This document shows, one piece after another, positions 12,881 through 26,813 of a DNA stretch of 64,000 bases. The position numbers were made by a program, and so were the translations under genes. The notes beneath the pieces are model-generated. The model saw only the letters and a list, made by a program, of their open reading frames with translations, was not told the DNA's origin and did no database searches. Each line of letters starts with the position of its first letter. Positions within the stretch are counted from its first letter, which is position 1. The DNA is from Felis catus (lineage: Eukaryota): the NCBI RefSeq assembly GCF_018350175.1, contig NC_058368.1, positions 40,302,001 through 40,366,000 on the forward strand, read 5' to 3'.

Positions 12881-13650
12881 TTCTGGAAGCTATAAAAATG
12901 CAAAAACAAAACAAAACAAAACCTGAATATATCTAACAATATGCAAACTGGGCCTGATGAAGGAGAGACAATATGTCAAAGAAACTGCAAAACAAAACAA
13001 AACAAAAAAAGTGAGGAGATTCTTTGGGAAATTTGAATGAACTTCTGCTAAGTTCATCTAAATACTTAAGTCTTCTTAACACAATTTTTCAGGATAGGAA
13101 AAGAAGGAACACTACTTAACTAATTAAGGTTAAAACTGGAATTAAACTAGAGCTAAAGAAGAGAAAGAAAATTCACAAGGATATGGAAATTAAACAGCAG
13201 TCTTAAATAGCCAATTCATCAAAGAAGAAATCACAAGAAAACTTATTAAGGCAAAGAAGTCATTCATACAAAAATCCAAATAATGGTAACCTCAGTGTGA
13301 GGTCAGGAGAGTATAGATGTGATGAGAGAGATACACGCTTGCATCTTAGGAATTGCTATCAGATGTGCTTGTTGACCTGGCAGTTATATTTGTGTTCATT
13401 TCTTTAATATTCTTTATTCTGTAATATTTCTGTATATGTTTTACATTTACTATATCAAAAATACTAGGGTTTAAGTAATTTTTAATCAAAACATAAATAA
13501 ATGATAAGCAAAAGAAAAATAATTGTAATGATCCTGATGTAACTTGAGAAATTACGTATTCTGAAATTGAGACAGAACTAGAAAGGTGAGAGAATGGGCC
13601 AGTTTTCACCTGGGTATTTGAGACTCCATAGACATGGACACAGAAAGCCT

Positions 13651-13861
13651 TTATTTAAAAAAAATTTTTTTAATCTGTATTTATTTTTTTGAGAGACAGA
13701 GTGTGCTCAGGGGAGAGGTAGAGAGAGAGGGAGACACAGGCTCCAGGCTCCCAGCTGTCAGCACAGAGCCCGATTTAGGACTCACACTCGTAAACTGTAA
13801 GATCATGACCTGACCTAAGCTGAAGGCAGATGCTAAGCCGACTGAGCCGCCCAGGTGCCCC
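13651..13861 (-). mobile_element. Can-SINE
   Basis: Reverse SINE with TSD agaaagcct (13642-13650 / 13862-13870). Confidence 0.95.
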
Positions 13862-14474
13862 AGAAAGCCTCTATTTTATGAGAAGTAATAGTTGAGTTCT
13901 ACTAAATAAGCTTTTCCCCAACCTAGCTTTGCCTGAAGTTTTCCTGAAATTTCCAAAAACTCTGCTAATTGGCAAGTTACCAAAAGTATTCCTGTATTAC
14001 TCAGAAATAAAAGTGTTATTACATGACCCCTAACACAAAGTGATGTATCTGGGAATCAGTCATCTACTACAAAAAAAAAAAACGGGTCATTCAGCTCTAA
14101 TCTATTGATCACTGCCATTTTACTCTCCTCCTAGTTAAGTCAAATTTATTAAGCCTTTCAACTTTTATATATTGAAGATGTTTTAAAAGCAATATCATAA
14201 TTTTACTTCAGCAGTGATTTGTTTGAAGTATTCAGAACTGCCATATCATCTTTAAAAGTGCTTTCCACTATAGCTCTTCATAAACATACTATGCCATCAT
14301 TTTAGTGAAGAATCAAAACACCACCAAAGCTCTACCACTGCCTCCTAAATGAAAATGATTTAAGTGGAAAACTTGTTTCCTTTAATTAAAAATCACTATT
14401 AGCTTTAGTTTTGTTAACATAGAGTCTTCTGTTTACATGTTTTTATTGTTATTGTTAGCAGTAACTTCAGTGTT

Positions 14475-14662
14475 GGGGCGCCTGGGTGGCTCAGTGGATG
14501 AAGCGAATGACTTTGGCTCAGGTCACGATCTCACAGTTTGTGTGTTCAAGCCCCATGTCGGGCTCTGTGCTGACAGTGCGGAACCTGTTTGGGATTCTCT
14601 CTCATCCTCTCTCTCTGCTCTTTCTGCTCTGTCTCTCAAATAATAAACGTTAAGAAAAAAAA
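14475..14662 (+). mobile_element. Can-SINE
   Basis: ggggcgcctgggtggctcag head; TSD ttcagtgtt. Confidence 0.95.
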
Positions 14663-17390
14663 TTCAGTGTTAACATTGGGCAAGTATTAAATGACAATGT
14701 CAACTTCACCTAAAATTCCTAGCAATGTTCTGAAAATCTTAGTTTTCTATACTTTCTCCTATACTTTGTGATAACTGTTATCATTGGGGGAAGTTTTTTT
14801 GTGTGTGTGTTTTGTTTTTTAAGCTTGAAATTGACAGCAATATATTTGTGAATTTTAATATTGTCAGGATATGTAAATTCTTGAAATAGTTACTTATACT
14901 GAAAAGAAGTTAGTTTTTGGAGAGACACAGTAAACAGTTCAAATTGAGAAAGTAAAGTGCTATTGTTTGCCCTGTGGGTAGATTTAGCAGTACATGAAAC
15001 CTTCAGACAACTCTAGAAAGAACTAATGTATCTAGTCATTGGTTTGTCTGCAGGAGAGTATAGGCTATCATGATTGCTTCATGTTAAAGGAATTATAAAC
15101 AAAAGGGCTAGAGGAAACCAATATTTTGAGCAATTTTGACAGGCATCCCATGAAGGAACACATGTACGTACTTTATACCTGTCAGATGCCAGCTAGGTTA
15201 GTTCCTTTATCAGAAAAAAAAAAAATACATGCCGATTTGAGAACATTTTTGTGAAACATGATGATGGACACTATTTTTGTGAATGCATTCTCACTAGTGG
15301 ACACACTGCTGTAACTCCTTTTTCTGGCAGGATAATAACAGATTAGAATGAAGGTTTCAATTGGAGGAAACCCTGTGTATTCTCTGGAATGTAACTGCAT
15401 TGTTTCAGTTTGCCTATGTTATGCGGAGGCTCTAGAACATGTAAAATGATAAAGCATGTATATTAGTGGTTCACTTATACATAATGGCTTACAAAGGAGA
15501 TTGATAAGTGACATTATAGATTATTTCTGGGTAAATTCTGTATGGAACAAACCATCTATTCTGTGCCAGTTAAAGAAATCTATATGGAAAGTGTTTTCTC
15601 TCATGTTAGTACTTATAGGAATTTGTGCTGTTATCTAAGATCTCTGCATTTCACAGCAAGCACTTACTCTTTGTAAAATAAAAAAAAATGATAGAGGCAT
15701 AAGAAAACTTGTTCTTTATAATGATAAGGCATTAAGAAAAAATTGTGACTTATAGTCAGTTCCTCTGTGAGGCTAAAATGCTGATCATGTAAATTCTCCT
15801 TATCTGTGGCTCTGTAGAAGTGAAATAATTGAGAAGAGGGATGACTGGATGAATTATTTTTAAGTAGCCAGGGAAGGTTACCTTGAGTACACTATTGCCA
15901 TGGAAGTCAGCTAGACACTGAAGAATGAGATTTTGGAATTATACTTGCCTTTGGTGGGTTTTTAAAGAGTCTCATTTTATCATTCTTGGGAAATGGGAAG
16001 TTGAAACTCACTTGACAACTTGCAATCTTCATCCTCACTGGAGAGCTGTTTGATTTTAAGTACGCAATTGAAAAAAGATGTTGGACATTTTATAGGCTGC
16101 TTCATAGACTAAAGTCCAGGAGCTGAAGTTCACAGTTACAATTAGATTTATCTTAAGCTCTGCCAGGGACAAAGCAAACCCATTTATATGTCCTGCTTTT
16201 AGGATATACTTTGTAAGGTACAGTAGCAGCTATAAACATGACATGGGAGTGTATATGTTTAAATATATATAACCTATGATGACTCCACTTTGCAATTTAC
16301 AGTATGATTGAAGATTCTCGGTGAAAATTTTTGATTAAGACATTTGTACCATGGACAATGCTGTTTTTGACTGTGTAGCCTTGAAGTGGTTTGCCTCATA
16401 CTCAGGATTTCAAACATGTTCAGCCAGGACTTGTATTATGATGCAGAAAAAAAAACAAAACAAAACAGCAGTTGAACTAAAATTTGCTTATTTATCACTT
16501 ACTTATCATTCAAATATATTTATTTGAAGTCTGGTATACCAGAAATTATGATAGACACTCCAGGATTGATCAAACTATTGGCACATTATGTTCTCATTAC
16601 CAGTGTGATCTTTATGTAGGTTCTAAGTAGAATATATTATTTATTTCCCAGTGCTTAGGAACCCAGTACAATTCCTTTATATGTGAATTAAGTGAGTAAA
16701 TGTTATTCTTTATGTTGTAACATTTAGAAAATATTTGGTATATCATCTTATCCAGAAAATATCCCTTGGTGAAGGCCAAGTGCTGAATTAAAAAAAAACA
16801 AAAAAGGAAGAATATTAAAAAAAAAACTGATTTAAGAATCCTTACTACAATTGTAATCAAGTGAAATAAAAAAAAAATAACTTTCCAAGTATGTAATTAT
16901 CAGAATAGTTCTCTGAAATGGAAGTAATCTTCCTGTTTTTTTTTTCTTTTTATTTGGCTAAATACAAGATTCTGAAAGAAAAGAGAATAACTAGGAAATG
17001 TGGGTGTGTTTGTGGAAAAGGTGGGAAAATATAAATTTTAAGAAAAATTTGGTACTGGTATGCTCATTGCAATCAGAATTGGCTTGAGGATGGTCAGATA
17101 ATTGAGGAAAGGCAGACAAAACTAAATATTGAGAATGAAAGAAGGGCTTTAAAGAAAACCTGACTTGTTTCACAATTTTGCATTACTATAAAAAGTATAA
17201 TTCAGCTTAAAGATAACTGGCAACTAAAAATTAAAGGTTCTATAAATACATGTAAGCTTTGATTTTCAGAAGTCATAAAAGTAATGCAACTCTTAAGTTT
17301 ATTTTACTGTATGATTTTTTACTCTTGAAAGTGATGATTATTAGAAAGTATAATAACTAAAATAAAAAATTTAAAAAAAATTAAAAACCT

Positions 17391-17553
17391 GGGGCGCCTG
17401 GGTGGTTCAGTTGATTAAGTGTCTGATTCTTGATTTTAGCTCAGGTGATGATCTCGCAGTCATGAGATCAAGCCCCATGCATCAGGCTCTGTACTGAGTG
17501 TGGAGGCTTCTTAAGATTTTTTCTCCTTCTCCCTCTGCCCCTCTCTCTGACTT

Positions 17554-17596
<43 letters not shown>

Positions 17597-17620
17597 CTAA
17601 GTAAATAAATAAAAAAAAAA
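17391..17620 (+). mobile_element. Can-SINE (older subfamily) with expanded (CT)n
   Basis: ggggcgcctgggtggttcag head, (CT)n ~17557-17592, A tail; TSD aaaaacct. Confidence 0.93.
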
Positions 17621-17735
17621 ACCTAAAGACAGTATAATAACTGGGTCAAGGATGACTTGGGAAAATTGGTCACTAGGATGTTGCTGATAGGGGAGTAATT
17701 CAGTACATATTCAGGACTGTAACCTGTATGATGAT

Positions 17736-17980
17736 AATGAATAAAGTGGTTAAAATCCCAAAATTTAGAGGTAGGTTTTGGTTTAAAGCAATTTCAAATC
17801 TGTCATGGATTCACCTCATGATGGAAAGCAAATTATTAAACCCCTGTTTTCCTCATCTGAGGAATGAAAGTAGTATTAATACTAAAACCTCATAGGGACA
17901 CTGTGAGGTTAAACATGTTAACTTGTATAAAGTCCTTAGACAAAGCCTGTCTCATAATACGTGCTCAATTAAGTGTGATG
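17736..17980 (+). mobile_element. MIR SINE
   Basis: Core tttcctcatctg..aatg, acctcataggg, gtgctcaattaa. Confidence 0.8.
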
Positions 17981-18236
17981 TGTTATTGATAATCTTTAAA
18001 TGCTTATACCTAGCAATTTCATTAGGTGGACTTGGTTTTGTAAGAAATGTATCAGAGATACTTAAAGCAATATAAGAAGAATGCCGTTTTGAATAGCATT
18101 TGTGTAATCTAAACTGAAGCAGCAGAAACATCCAGCAATAGGCAGTTGGCTTAAACAAATGTGTCTATGGAGCCATTAAGTTTTCTCTGTAGAAGAATTG
18201 TTAAAATGCCACAGTACTGCATTTAAAAAAAGGACA

Positions 18237-18445
18237 GGGGCGCCTGGGTGGCTCAGTTGGTTGAGTGTCTTTGGCTCAGGTCATGATATGGCTCGTGAGT
18301 TCGAGCCCCACGTCGGGCTCTGTGCTGACAGTTCAGAGCCTGGAGTCTGCTTTGGATTCTGTGCCCCTCTCTCACTGTGCCCCTCCCTCACTCATGCTCT
18401 GTCTCTCTTTCTCTCAAGAATAAATAAAACATAAAAAAAATTAAA
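18237..18445 (+). mobile_element. Can-SINE
   Basis: Head at 18237; TSD aaaaaaaggaca. Confidence 0.95.
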
Positions 18446-18620
18446 AAAAAGGACATAAGGAGTATGTATAGACAAACATATTTGGTTAATATTATATATA
18501 ACACATAAAAATGGAAAGAAATGCATCAATATGTGAAGACTAGTTATGTTTGGATGGTAGATTATGGGTGAGTTTTCACCACATGTGTGTGCATATTTGG
18601 TAGCACTCTTCTATGTTTCT

Positions 18621-18837
18621 TTTTTTTTTAACGTTTATTTTGAGAGAGAGAGAGCGCGCACACAAGTGGGCACGTGCGAGCAAGGGAGGGACAGAGAGAG
18701 AGGGAGAGTGAATCCAAGCAGGCCCCACATTGTCAGCACAGAACCTGATGCAGGGCTCAAATCCCCAAACCGTGAGATCATGACACGAGCTGAAATCAGA
18801 GTTGGACACTTAACCGACTGAGTCACCCAGGTGCCCC
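18621..18837 (-). mobile_element. Can-SINE
   Basis: Reverse SINE; TSD atgtttct. Confidence 0.95.
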
Positions 18838-18850
18838 AATGTTTCTATGT

Positions 18851-19030
18851 TTTATGGTTAGAATTGGGTTTCCCCAAATTCATATGTTAACGTCCTAACC
18901 TCCAGTACCTCAGAATATGATCTTATTTGTAAATAGAGTCATTGTAGGTCTAATTAGTTCAGATGCAGTCACTCTGGAGTGGTTGGATGCCTAATGCAAT
19001 ATGAGTGGTATCCTTATAAAAAGGGAAAAG
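18851..19030 (+). mobile_element. MLT1B/C-like MaLR LTR, 5' part
   Basis: ccccaaattcatatgtt..gtcctaacctccagtacctcagaatatga...tccttataaaaaggg. Confidence 0.8.
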
Positions 19031-19102
19031 TTCAAAGTGCAACAGAGTAGTCTTTCAGCTCAAACTTGATTCCTTAGGTGACTTTAATTTTCTATTGCCA
19101 CA

Positions 19103-19706
19103 TGTACAAGGAAAAGTAAACAACCTGGGTTGCACACATTCTGCACATCCTGCACTTTAGCAGGAAAAATCCTGTTTTCAGGACCGACCCTTGGCTGGCT
19201 CCTGGGAAGTGATAGTTGATTCCATGGACTGGTTAACCTGATATGAGTATTTTTGTATGCTTAAGGAGTTGGGTCACACTGTACCAGTTTGATCAGATAG
19301 TTTTATGTTAACAGTATGGTTTATAGTGACCATCTGTTTTTACTTTGGGAGTCTGGATTCTGAGTAGATGGGTCAGTCATGCATATGTGAGTGGTCTCCC
19401 ATAACAACCGGGGAAACTATGAATCAGGTGAGTTTCCTTGTTGATAACAGTTAAAATGTGTTACTACACATCATTGCTAGGAGATTTAAGTGCATCCTAT
19501 GGGTCTCCACTGTGGGGGGACAATTGAAACCTGGTGTTTTGTTTCTCCTGACCTTTTGCCCCATTTACCTTTCCCTTGACTGATATTACTCTATATCCTT
19601 TCACTGTAGTGAACTGTGACTATGTATGTAATAGTAGCAGAATCCTTCCAGTTATACTTACAAGCAAATTACGGTCTTGAGGGTGGCCTTTGGAACCCCA
19701 ACTACA
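19103..19706 (+). mobile_element. Solo ERVL LTR (MER77/MER68/MER21 group) inserted into an antisense MLT1 fragment
   Basis: TG...CA termini; cccttggctggctcctggga, ctgtaccagtttgatcagatag and gggtggcctttggaacccc match the group. An MLT1 reverse-complement motif (ttccaggggttaggacatgg) follows at ~19730-19785. Confidence 0.8.
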
Positions 19707-19830
19707 GCATGTAAACTGATATAATCATAAATTCCAGGGGTTAGGACATGGGCATATTTGAGGACCACAGTTCTGCCTGTAATATAATATAGTTGAATTA
19801 TTTTTTATGTTTACACATTAAGCATAAACA

Positions 19831-20028
19831 GTATTTAATTAATTAATTGGTTAATTAATTAATTTTAGAGGGAGGGGAGAGGGGCAGAGGGATAGAGAGA
19901 GAGAATCTTAAGTTGGCTCCACTCTCAGTGCAGAGCCTGACGTGGGGCCCAACCCTACAACCATGGGATCATGGCCTGAGCCAAAATCAAGAGTCAGGTG
20001 CTCAGCCAACTGAACCACCCAGGCTCTC
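19831..20028 (-). mobile_element. Can-SINE (older subfamily)
   Basis: Reverse SINE; TSD aagcataaaca / aagtataaaca. Confidence 0.92.
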
Positions 20029-21151
20029 AAGTATAAACACTTTTAAACATTGAAAAGTCATACTTCTGAGGTACAGTCAAATGAAGATGTGGAAGCCATT
20101 ACTGTGACCATTAGAGTAAAAATGGATAAAGAGAGAGGAAAGAGGACCTGGTGGGGAAAGAGAGGGAGGGAGCGGGTGAGAAAGGAATTTGGCTATTTGT
20201 TACCATAGAATGTATTGTAAAATATGTATTTTTCTGTATCAATTTTAAAGGTAATAAAAGAGACAGTAGTAAATGTCATTGCTAACAAAGGCATAGTGAG
20301 TTTGATAAGGAGAGTGAAAAAAGACAGTGACTCACAGGCAAACACAAGCTTTCATGACCCTTTAAAATCTATTATAAACAGAATGTGAGACTAGAAGTAT
20401 TGATCATTTGGAATTTGTTCTAAGTGTTCTGACACCCACTATGGGAAATAGGGAATTTAGTATGAATTTCAAGCCACGAGAATAGATGCTTTGTGTCTCC
20501 TTTTCAATATATCATTTTTTAGCATCTCAGAAACAATAGTATTCTTGTTAGCTGTCAAGTATTCCAGTTTAATTATCCTCCTCTTCTTTGAGGGACTAAA
20601 CATTGTTTAACCTTTTAAATTTCCTAAGTCAAATGTTAGGAAAGCATATGGAAAGGCCATTTCCATGGGCTATAAACATCAACTCAGCTCTGTCCTTAAA
20701 GAAAACTTTTTTTTTTCCCTACTAAGAAGTAATATTTGGAGTAAAGAATTTTTATCAAATGTTAAGAACTGCTAACTATTTGTACCCCACCATATTAAAT
20801 TCTGAGCCAGAGGTGGGATTACCAAGTAACATCTTTGAGCAAAGAAGGTCTTAAAGTGTATTATCAATGTCCTGCATAGGATTAATAATACTAATGTATG
20901 AGTTTTCCTGTCTGTTTTCTTGCCACTACCTTATTTGCTCCCTAATACTTGTTTCCTAACAGTTTTGTCCATTCTCTAATGTAGTTACCCTTGTCGTCCA
21001 AACATGTAGACTTTTCTGCAAATGAGCTCATCTGACCTCTGCATATAACCCTTTAATGACTTCCTTTAATTTTTACAGTTCAGTCTACATATGGTGCATG
21101 ATGTGATTCAGACACAGTCATCATTGCAGCTCAGCGTCTTCACACATTTCA

Positions 21152-21563
21152 TAGTAGTCCCCACTTATCCAAAGGTGGTATGTTTCAAGACTCCTGGTGG
21201 ATGCCTGAAATGGAATAGTCCTAAACCCTATATATATCATGTTTTTTCCTACATGTAACATGTCTATGATACAGTTTAATTTATAGATGAGGCACAGTAA
21301 GAGATTAACAATAACTAATAATAACATGGAATGATTATAACAGTATACTATAATGAAAGTTATGTGAATGTGCTCTTTTTCTTATGATGTGAGATGATAA
21401 AATGCCTATGTGATGAGATGCAGTGAAGTGAATGATGTAGGCATTGTGACTGATACTGACCTTCGAATAATTTGTCAGAAGGCAGATCATCTGCTTTTGG
21501 ACTGTAGTTGACTTCAGGTAACTGAAACCACAGAAAGTGAAACTGAGGATAAGGGGACTCCTG
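21152..21563. mobile_element. MER44 (Tigger7-derived TcMar non-autonomous DNA transposon)
   Basis: Terminal inverted repeats tagtagtccccacttatcc ... ggataaggggactcctg; internal ggcacagtaagagattaacaataactaataataa. Confidence 0.9.
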
Positions 21564-21619
21564 CATTTCCTCTTTGGTGGTCATTTCTCCTCCTCTTCCT
21601 CTTCCTTTAGCCACCTGAT

Positions 21620-21850
21620 TGATTTTCAAAACTCAAAGCATTTCTTTCACAAAGTTTTCTTATGAATCACATGATTTGTATTCTCTCAGTGCTCTGCCAT
21701 CCTCGTGGTCTTAATATGTTTGCCAGTCTTTCCTACTACAAAGTAAACCTTTGAGGGCACGTGTTGTATCGTATCAGAATTTTTGTTCCTAAAGCCTATC
21801 TTAGTGTCTGGCGAATATTAGTTGTTTAATACATATTTGATGAATTCTTA
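21620..21850 (+). mobile_element. L2 3' end
   Basis: taaacctttgagggca...agtgtctggc...tttaatacatatttgatgaa. Confidence 0.65.
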
Positions 21851-23834
21851 ACTAGTGCTAGTAAAGCATTAGAATTCGATGTTCAGATTGAAAATGCAGT
21901 TATCGATTTAAATTAACTCTCTAGATTTGTTTCCCCTTCTGTGGATGCTGGCACTTTGTGCATACCCCCAATTTCTCTAGCATTGTTTCTGAGTTGTATA
22001 GGTTATCTACTTTAATTAATTTCAGCAGTGCTTATTACTTTAAAAAGTAGCAATTATTGTAAAAAAGGAAGCACTGATTACAGTTGAAATAACCTGGCAC
22101 AATGACTCACTCTCCAGAGTAACAGATTGAACTCAGTATGACATTTAATTTATATATACATTTATATGAAGAGAGGGGAGAGAAGGAGAGAGGGAGTTTC
22201 AGATCAAGAGGAGAATATAGGGAGGGCTGGAGGAGGGGGCCTGGGTATTTGCATGATCTGTATTTCTGTTCCACATGGAAATTAATATGAAACAGAGTGG
22301 CCTTTTCTCTTTATTTTGACATGTCATAAGATCTTTTTTTTCCACAGTACGTCCTCAATGAATTTACAACATATATTTATTAGCTTGTCTTAACTTACTA
22401 CGTTAGAAATGCTCCAGTGTTGGAGGATACATTCCTGAAATGTGATCTGGCAGAATGCCTACTCTGGTTTCTAACAGTCCCTTTGGGGAAGACATTCCTC
22501 AATATATATGGCACTATTGACTGTATGAGTATTCAGGCTTCATCCATTCTGTAGTTAGTGGCAGTAGCACATGGGAAGGCAGGTTTGAGAAAAAATGGTA
22601 AACTCTCAGACTAACAGAAGGTACACTGTGCATTAGATAGAGTGTATAAGAATGAGGCTGGAAGGTAATCAGTGGCAAAATGATAAAGTACTAAATAAGC
22701 CTTGCTAAAAATTGGATTATATCCATATCCTTATATCACAGGAAAGAAATTAATACTTTTGTTAATAGGTGTTTGATGTGATCATATTTTTTTTTATTAA
22801 AAGAAGGACGAGATGCAAGGAGATTTTAATTTTAATTCGATAAAATTAACAAATTTTCATCCCTTATCTATATTTTTTGCAGACATTATGCTAGGCAGAG
22901 TTCTAAAGCAGGAAATTGTAAGGGGATCTCTTAAGACAGTTACCATGAAGGTGGAGTGAAAAAAATAAGAGCTAAATTACAAATAGAGTTAACAAGATTG
23001 GTTGATTGTAAGAGAAAATGTAAAAGAAGAAATTAAGGGCAAAATTCAGGTTTTCTCAGAGGTAGATGGATATATGACAGTCTTCAAGATATAAAATGCT
23101 TAAAGCTGTAGTAAAGAAAATTCAGTTTTAGACATCTGTGGTTGAAGGATCTTTTCATAGTTGGAGAGAATATGTTGACATGCAACTGGACGTAGTTTTC
23201 TGGTGCCTCAAAATGAGAAAAAAGCTGGGAAAAAAATGTAGATTTGACAAATATTTTAAAAATTGCAAAAAAATGACATTTATAGGTGTTCTGATGAATC
23301 CAAGAGTTCTTTTAATACATTAATTATGGCATAAAATATGTTTCACATAAAAATTTTAATAAAGCTATGTTTCTGGTAATCAAAGGAATTCATAGTAAGA
23401 AAACAATGAAATAAAAATTTGATACATGCAGTCGATCAAGATAAAAAATATTCTGGCAAGAATTTTTGGATTATTTTCATGATTTCCTAGGAACTCTGAA
23501 TTGGTATAAATGCTTAGAAAGTAATTTGACAATTTTATATCAAGAAATTAAAAATATTTATATTATTTCCTGTTTCCTATTGTTGATAGGAATTTTTTCT
23601 GTTTAAATAATCAAATATTCTTTATTATTTTTTTCATGTGGAAAGGTTGAGTGAATGCTACTTTCAAATAGGATGATTATTAAACATGATGAATATTTCT
23701 GATATATTTTTTGCAGTTTAAAAATTATAGTTCTAAATAATTTTTGATGACTTGTAAAAATGGGTACATTGAAAGTATCTCAAATGGATGATGAAAAATT
23801 AAATAACATAGTAATTACAAAGCTATATCACTCT

Positions 23835-24053
23835 CGGGGCGGCGCCTGGGTGGCTCAGTCAGTTAATAACACATCCGACTTCCGCTCAGGTCATGATCTC
23901 CTGGTTCATGAGCTCAATCCCTGCTTCAGACTCTGTGCTGACAGCTCAGAGCCTGGAACCTGCTTCGGATTCTGTGTCTCCCTCTCTCTCTCTGCCCCTC
24001 TCCTGCTCACACTTTGTCTTTCTGTCTCAAAAATAAATAAACATTAAAAAAGA
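23835..24053 (+). mobile_element. Can-SINE
   Basis: Head ggggcggcgcctggg; 16-bp TSD aaagcta(t/a)atcactct. Confidence 0.95.
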
Positions 24054-26283
24054 AAAGCTAAATCACTCTGATCCAAAATATGTCCAATACAAAATATTAT
24101 TCATATATGCAATAAACATGCACATATAATAGGTATATGGAATTTATGTGATTTATATGGATTATTTTAGTTTCCCACACTATAGTTTCCTGCATTTTTC
24201 AATTTTCCTATCAGAAATACCTGCTAATTTATCAATTAAAACATCACATTTCCCTGATATGCCAACTGTATTCTCTGTAGGTAGTCTATATGTTAGTGTT
24301 CCAGAATAATGTAAATACATTTATATAGCTTTTGAATCTCATTTTTCTTAATGAATTTTCTGTTTCTATTTGACCTGAGTAGTGAATCAGAGTAAGGAAA
24401 ATTTTCTTCAGGTTTCACCTTTTCCTTCTGTATGAAGCCTTTGGTAGAGACCTCAGAAGAGGACCTTGGCTAAGGCATCAGGTAAGATAAAAAGACCTAG
24501 AAATAAAGGTACCTGGGTGAAGAATACAGATATGATTAAGAGCATGATCAGCTATAGAGGCCTGAGTCCCTTACTGCAACTCTCTTTAGAGACTGACATG
24601 TATGGGCTGTTCATGAGGTATGGTGTGGAGAGGACAGCTGTCTCCTATGAGATCAGCCAGGTAGTTGTTTTTTTTTTGTTTGTTTGTTTTTTTAAGTTCT
24701 TAAGGATAGGCTTGAAAAATCACACAGAGATTGTTAGGAGCCAGACTCTTCAGAATGAAAATCTGAAATATATTTTGCCATAAAAACTTTCACAAAATAC
24801 TCTATAGTACCCTAATCTGTGGGGTGATATTCATATCCTCTTCACCCGTTGGGAGCTCTTCCTTAAAGAGATTAGCACTGAAGTAATAAACATATACAAC
24901 TAATTTCTCTGAAAGAGGAACAGGTGTAGAGTTCTACTTTGGGTATTATTTACCAGACATGTAATGCTGCATGTTCTCCCTGAGAAAACAATGATTGTCA
25001 TAATTAATAGTGCTCTCTGAACAAGAGAAGCCAATTCTTTATAATCTGGCAGTCGTGCATATTAACTCTCAAGGCTAGAATTAAATAAATGAATCAGTTT
25101 GACTGAAGGCCAAGTAGTTGTTTATTTTATGGTGTACGATTTAAGTCATTTTGTCCATTGTACATGAGGATGTACGTCCTATTTCATGATGAGTCAATGT
25201 GACATATTTAGCTTCATGACTGAAATGTGACCTCATTTTTATTTTCTGTCTGCTGTGGTTCTTGGAAATTACTATTCACATATTTACTAATGGAATGCTT
25301 CAATTAGACGGATTCTCTGAAAGAAATAGAAACTCAATAAGATGCTTTGAAATAGCCAAATGACACTTAGAATTTGGAGGGATTCAAAATCCAGCAATTT
25401 ATTAGAAACACTAGAGGAAAATACAAAAAATAAATGTTGCAGTTATTATATTGTAGTCTGACGTCATGATCTATTAGATGATGAGGGAGGATTTAAAAGC
25501 TGAGTGTTTGTGATGTTCTCTCCCTCGTTAGTATTCCATTGCTTGACTTGCTTTTTTTTTTCTCTTTTCTCACTCAAGCAGAGCTTTTTATAGCGGTGTT
25601 ACTTACCATTCATCTTTTTAAGTTAATTACTATGTAGTTTATTCCTTTAGAGTTAACAACTAGACAATTTAGATATTAGTAACCTATTCATTTAAAAATA
25701 TTGGTGTGTTATTGATCAGTCATCTATGCAATGATTTGCAAAATGATGCAAAATATTTCTTTTGTCTAATCACTTATACTCTAATCACTGGAAGGAAACC
25801 TGTAAGACTCAGATGTTTTTGGGAGATGATGGGTCTTTCTTTACTTCTGGGAGGTAGGGCATAGGATTCTCAAATGTGATGTCCTAAAATCAGATGTTAA
25901 TATTTTATATTTAATCAAATTATCTTGAAGCTAGACAAGATTTTTCTAGGGCAGTGAAAAGATTACTTATTACTGACAGGAGTAACTAGATCCTTTCACA
26001 TTTGGCCCAGGTTGATTTCTTAAAAGCCAGAGGTCTTCCTATACCTACCTGTGTTAGTAAGGGACCTTCTATAAGTAAGGAACCCCAGAAATATGAATCT
26101 AGGACTTTATGTAGAACAGGGACAGTTATCCTTGCACTTGTCCTGAAAGAGGAAGAGAAACCGTTATTAATGTAAACAAATTCTCTGGAAGAAACAGTGA
26201 AGGAAAGAAATGGGGAAGAATTCTTGGTTCCTATTTGGACTGTAAACAAGTATCTCCAGGGAGAAGATAAGACAAGAGTTTTT

Positions 26284-26384
26284 AAATCTATTTATGTATG
26301 TATTTATGTATATTCATTCATTCATTTATTTATATATTATTTGTTTATTTATTTATGGCAGTGTACCCATGCTCGTGGGGGAAG

Positions 26385-26419
<35 letters not shown>

Positions 26420-26558
26420 TGAATGAATGAATGAATCCCAAGCATGTTCCACATTCAGCATGAGCCCAAAGTGGGTCTTGATACCACAACCCTAGGATCA
26501 TGACCTGATCCAAAATCAAGAGTTGGATACTCAACCCGCTAAGCCACCCAGGTACCCC
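26284..26558 (-). mobile_element. Can-SINE with microsatellite-expanded tail
   Basis: Reverse SINE ending ccacccaggtacccc; (GA)n, (GAAT)n and (TTTA/TTCA)n tracts. Confidence 0.93.
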
Positions 26559-26813
26559 AAGGGGTTTTCAAATTTAAAATGAGATGTCTCTTTTGGAATA
26601 CAAACACAAAGAAAAGTAACTCTTTAAATCTCTCAGGAAGATTCTTAGCTATTCAGTTGTCTTTTACATCAGTACTCTGAATTTACCTGTCTAAAGGAGA
26701 TAAGAGAAGGTTTATATCTTTTGAATGGAACCAAATGGCTTTACCGTTAAATGAATAAATGGCTACCAGTCTAACACCCATAGCACGTGAGGAGCAAATG
26801 TTTCTCGGAGAAT

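Larger units (their letters stand above)
10950..13470 (+). mobile_element. Fragmented old L1M element (5'UTR/ORF1/ORF2/3' pieces) interrupted by SINEs and an LTR
   Basis: L1-like phrases: ctgatttcctgtgagcagcgatggaa...ctagaatt|tagaatttttaatatac (split by a SINE), atggaaattaaacagcagtcttaaatagccaattcatcaaagaagaaatcacaag. Confidence 0.6.

Noticed and set aside
22325..22530. Strong-looking acceptor ttttttttccacag at 22347
   Set aside because: All three frames hit stops within ~50 nt and there is no good donor; cannot be supported as a coding exon.
24370..24900. LTR-like segment containing CAG|GTAAGA and a 105-aa ORF
   Set aside because: I could not assign a family, termini or TSD, and the ORF has no recognisable homology.
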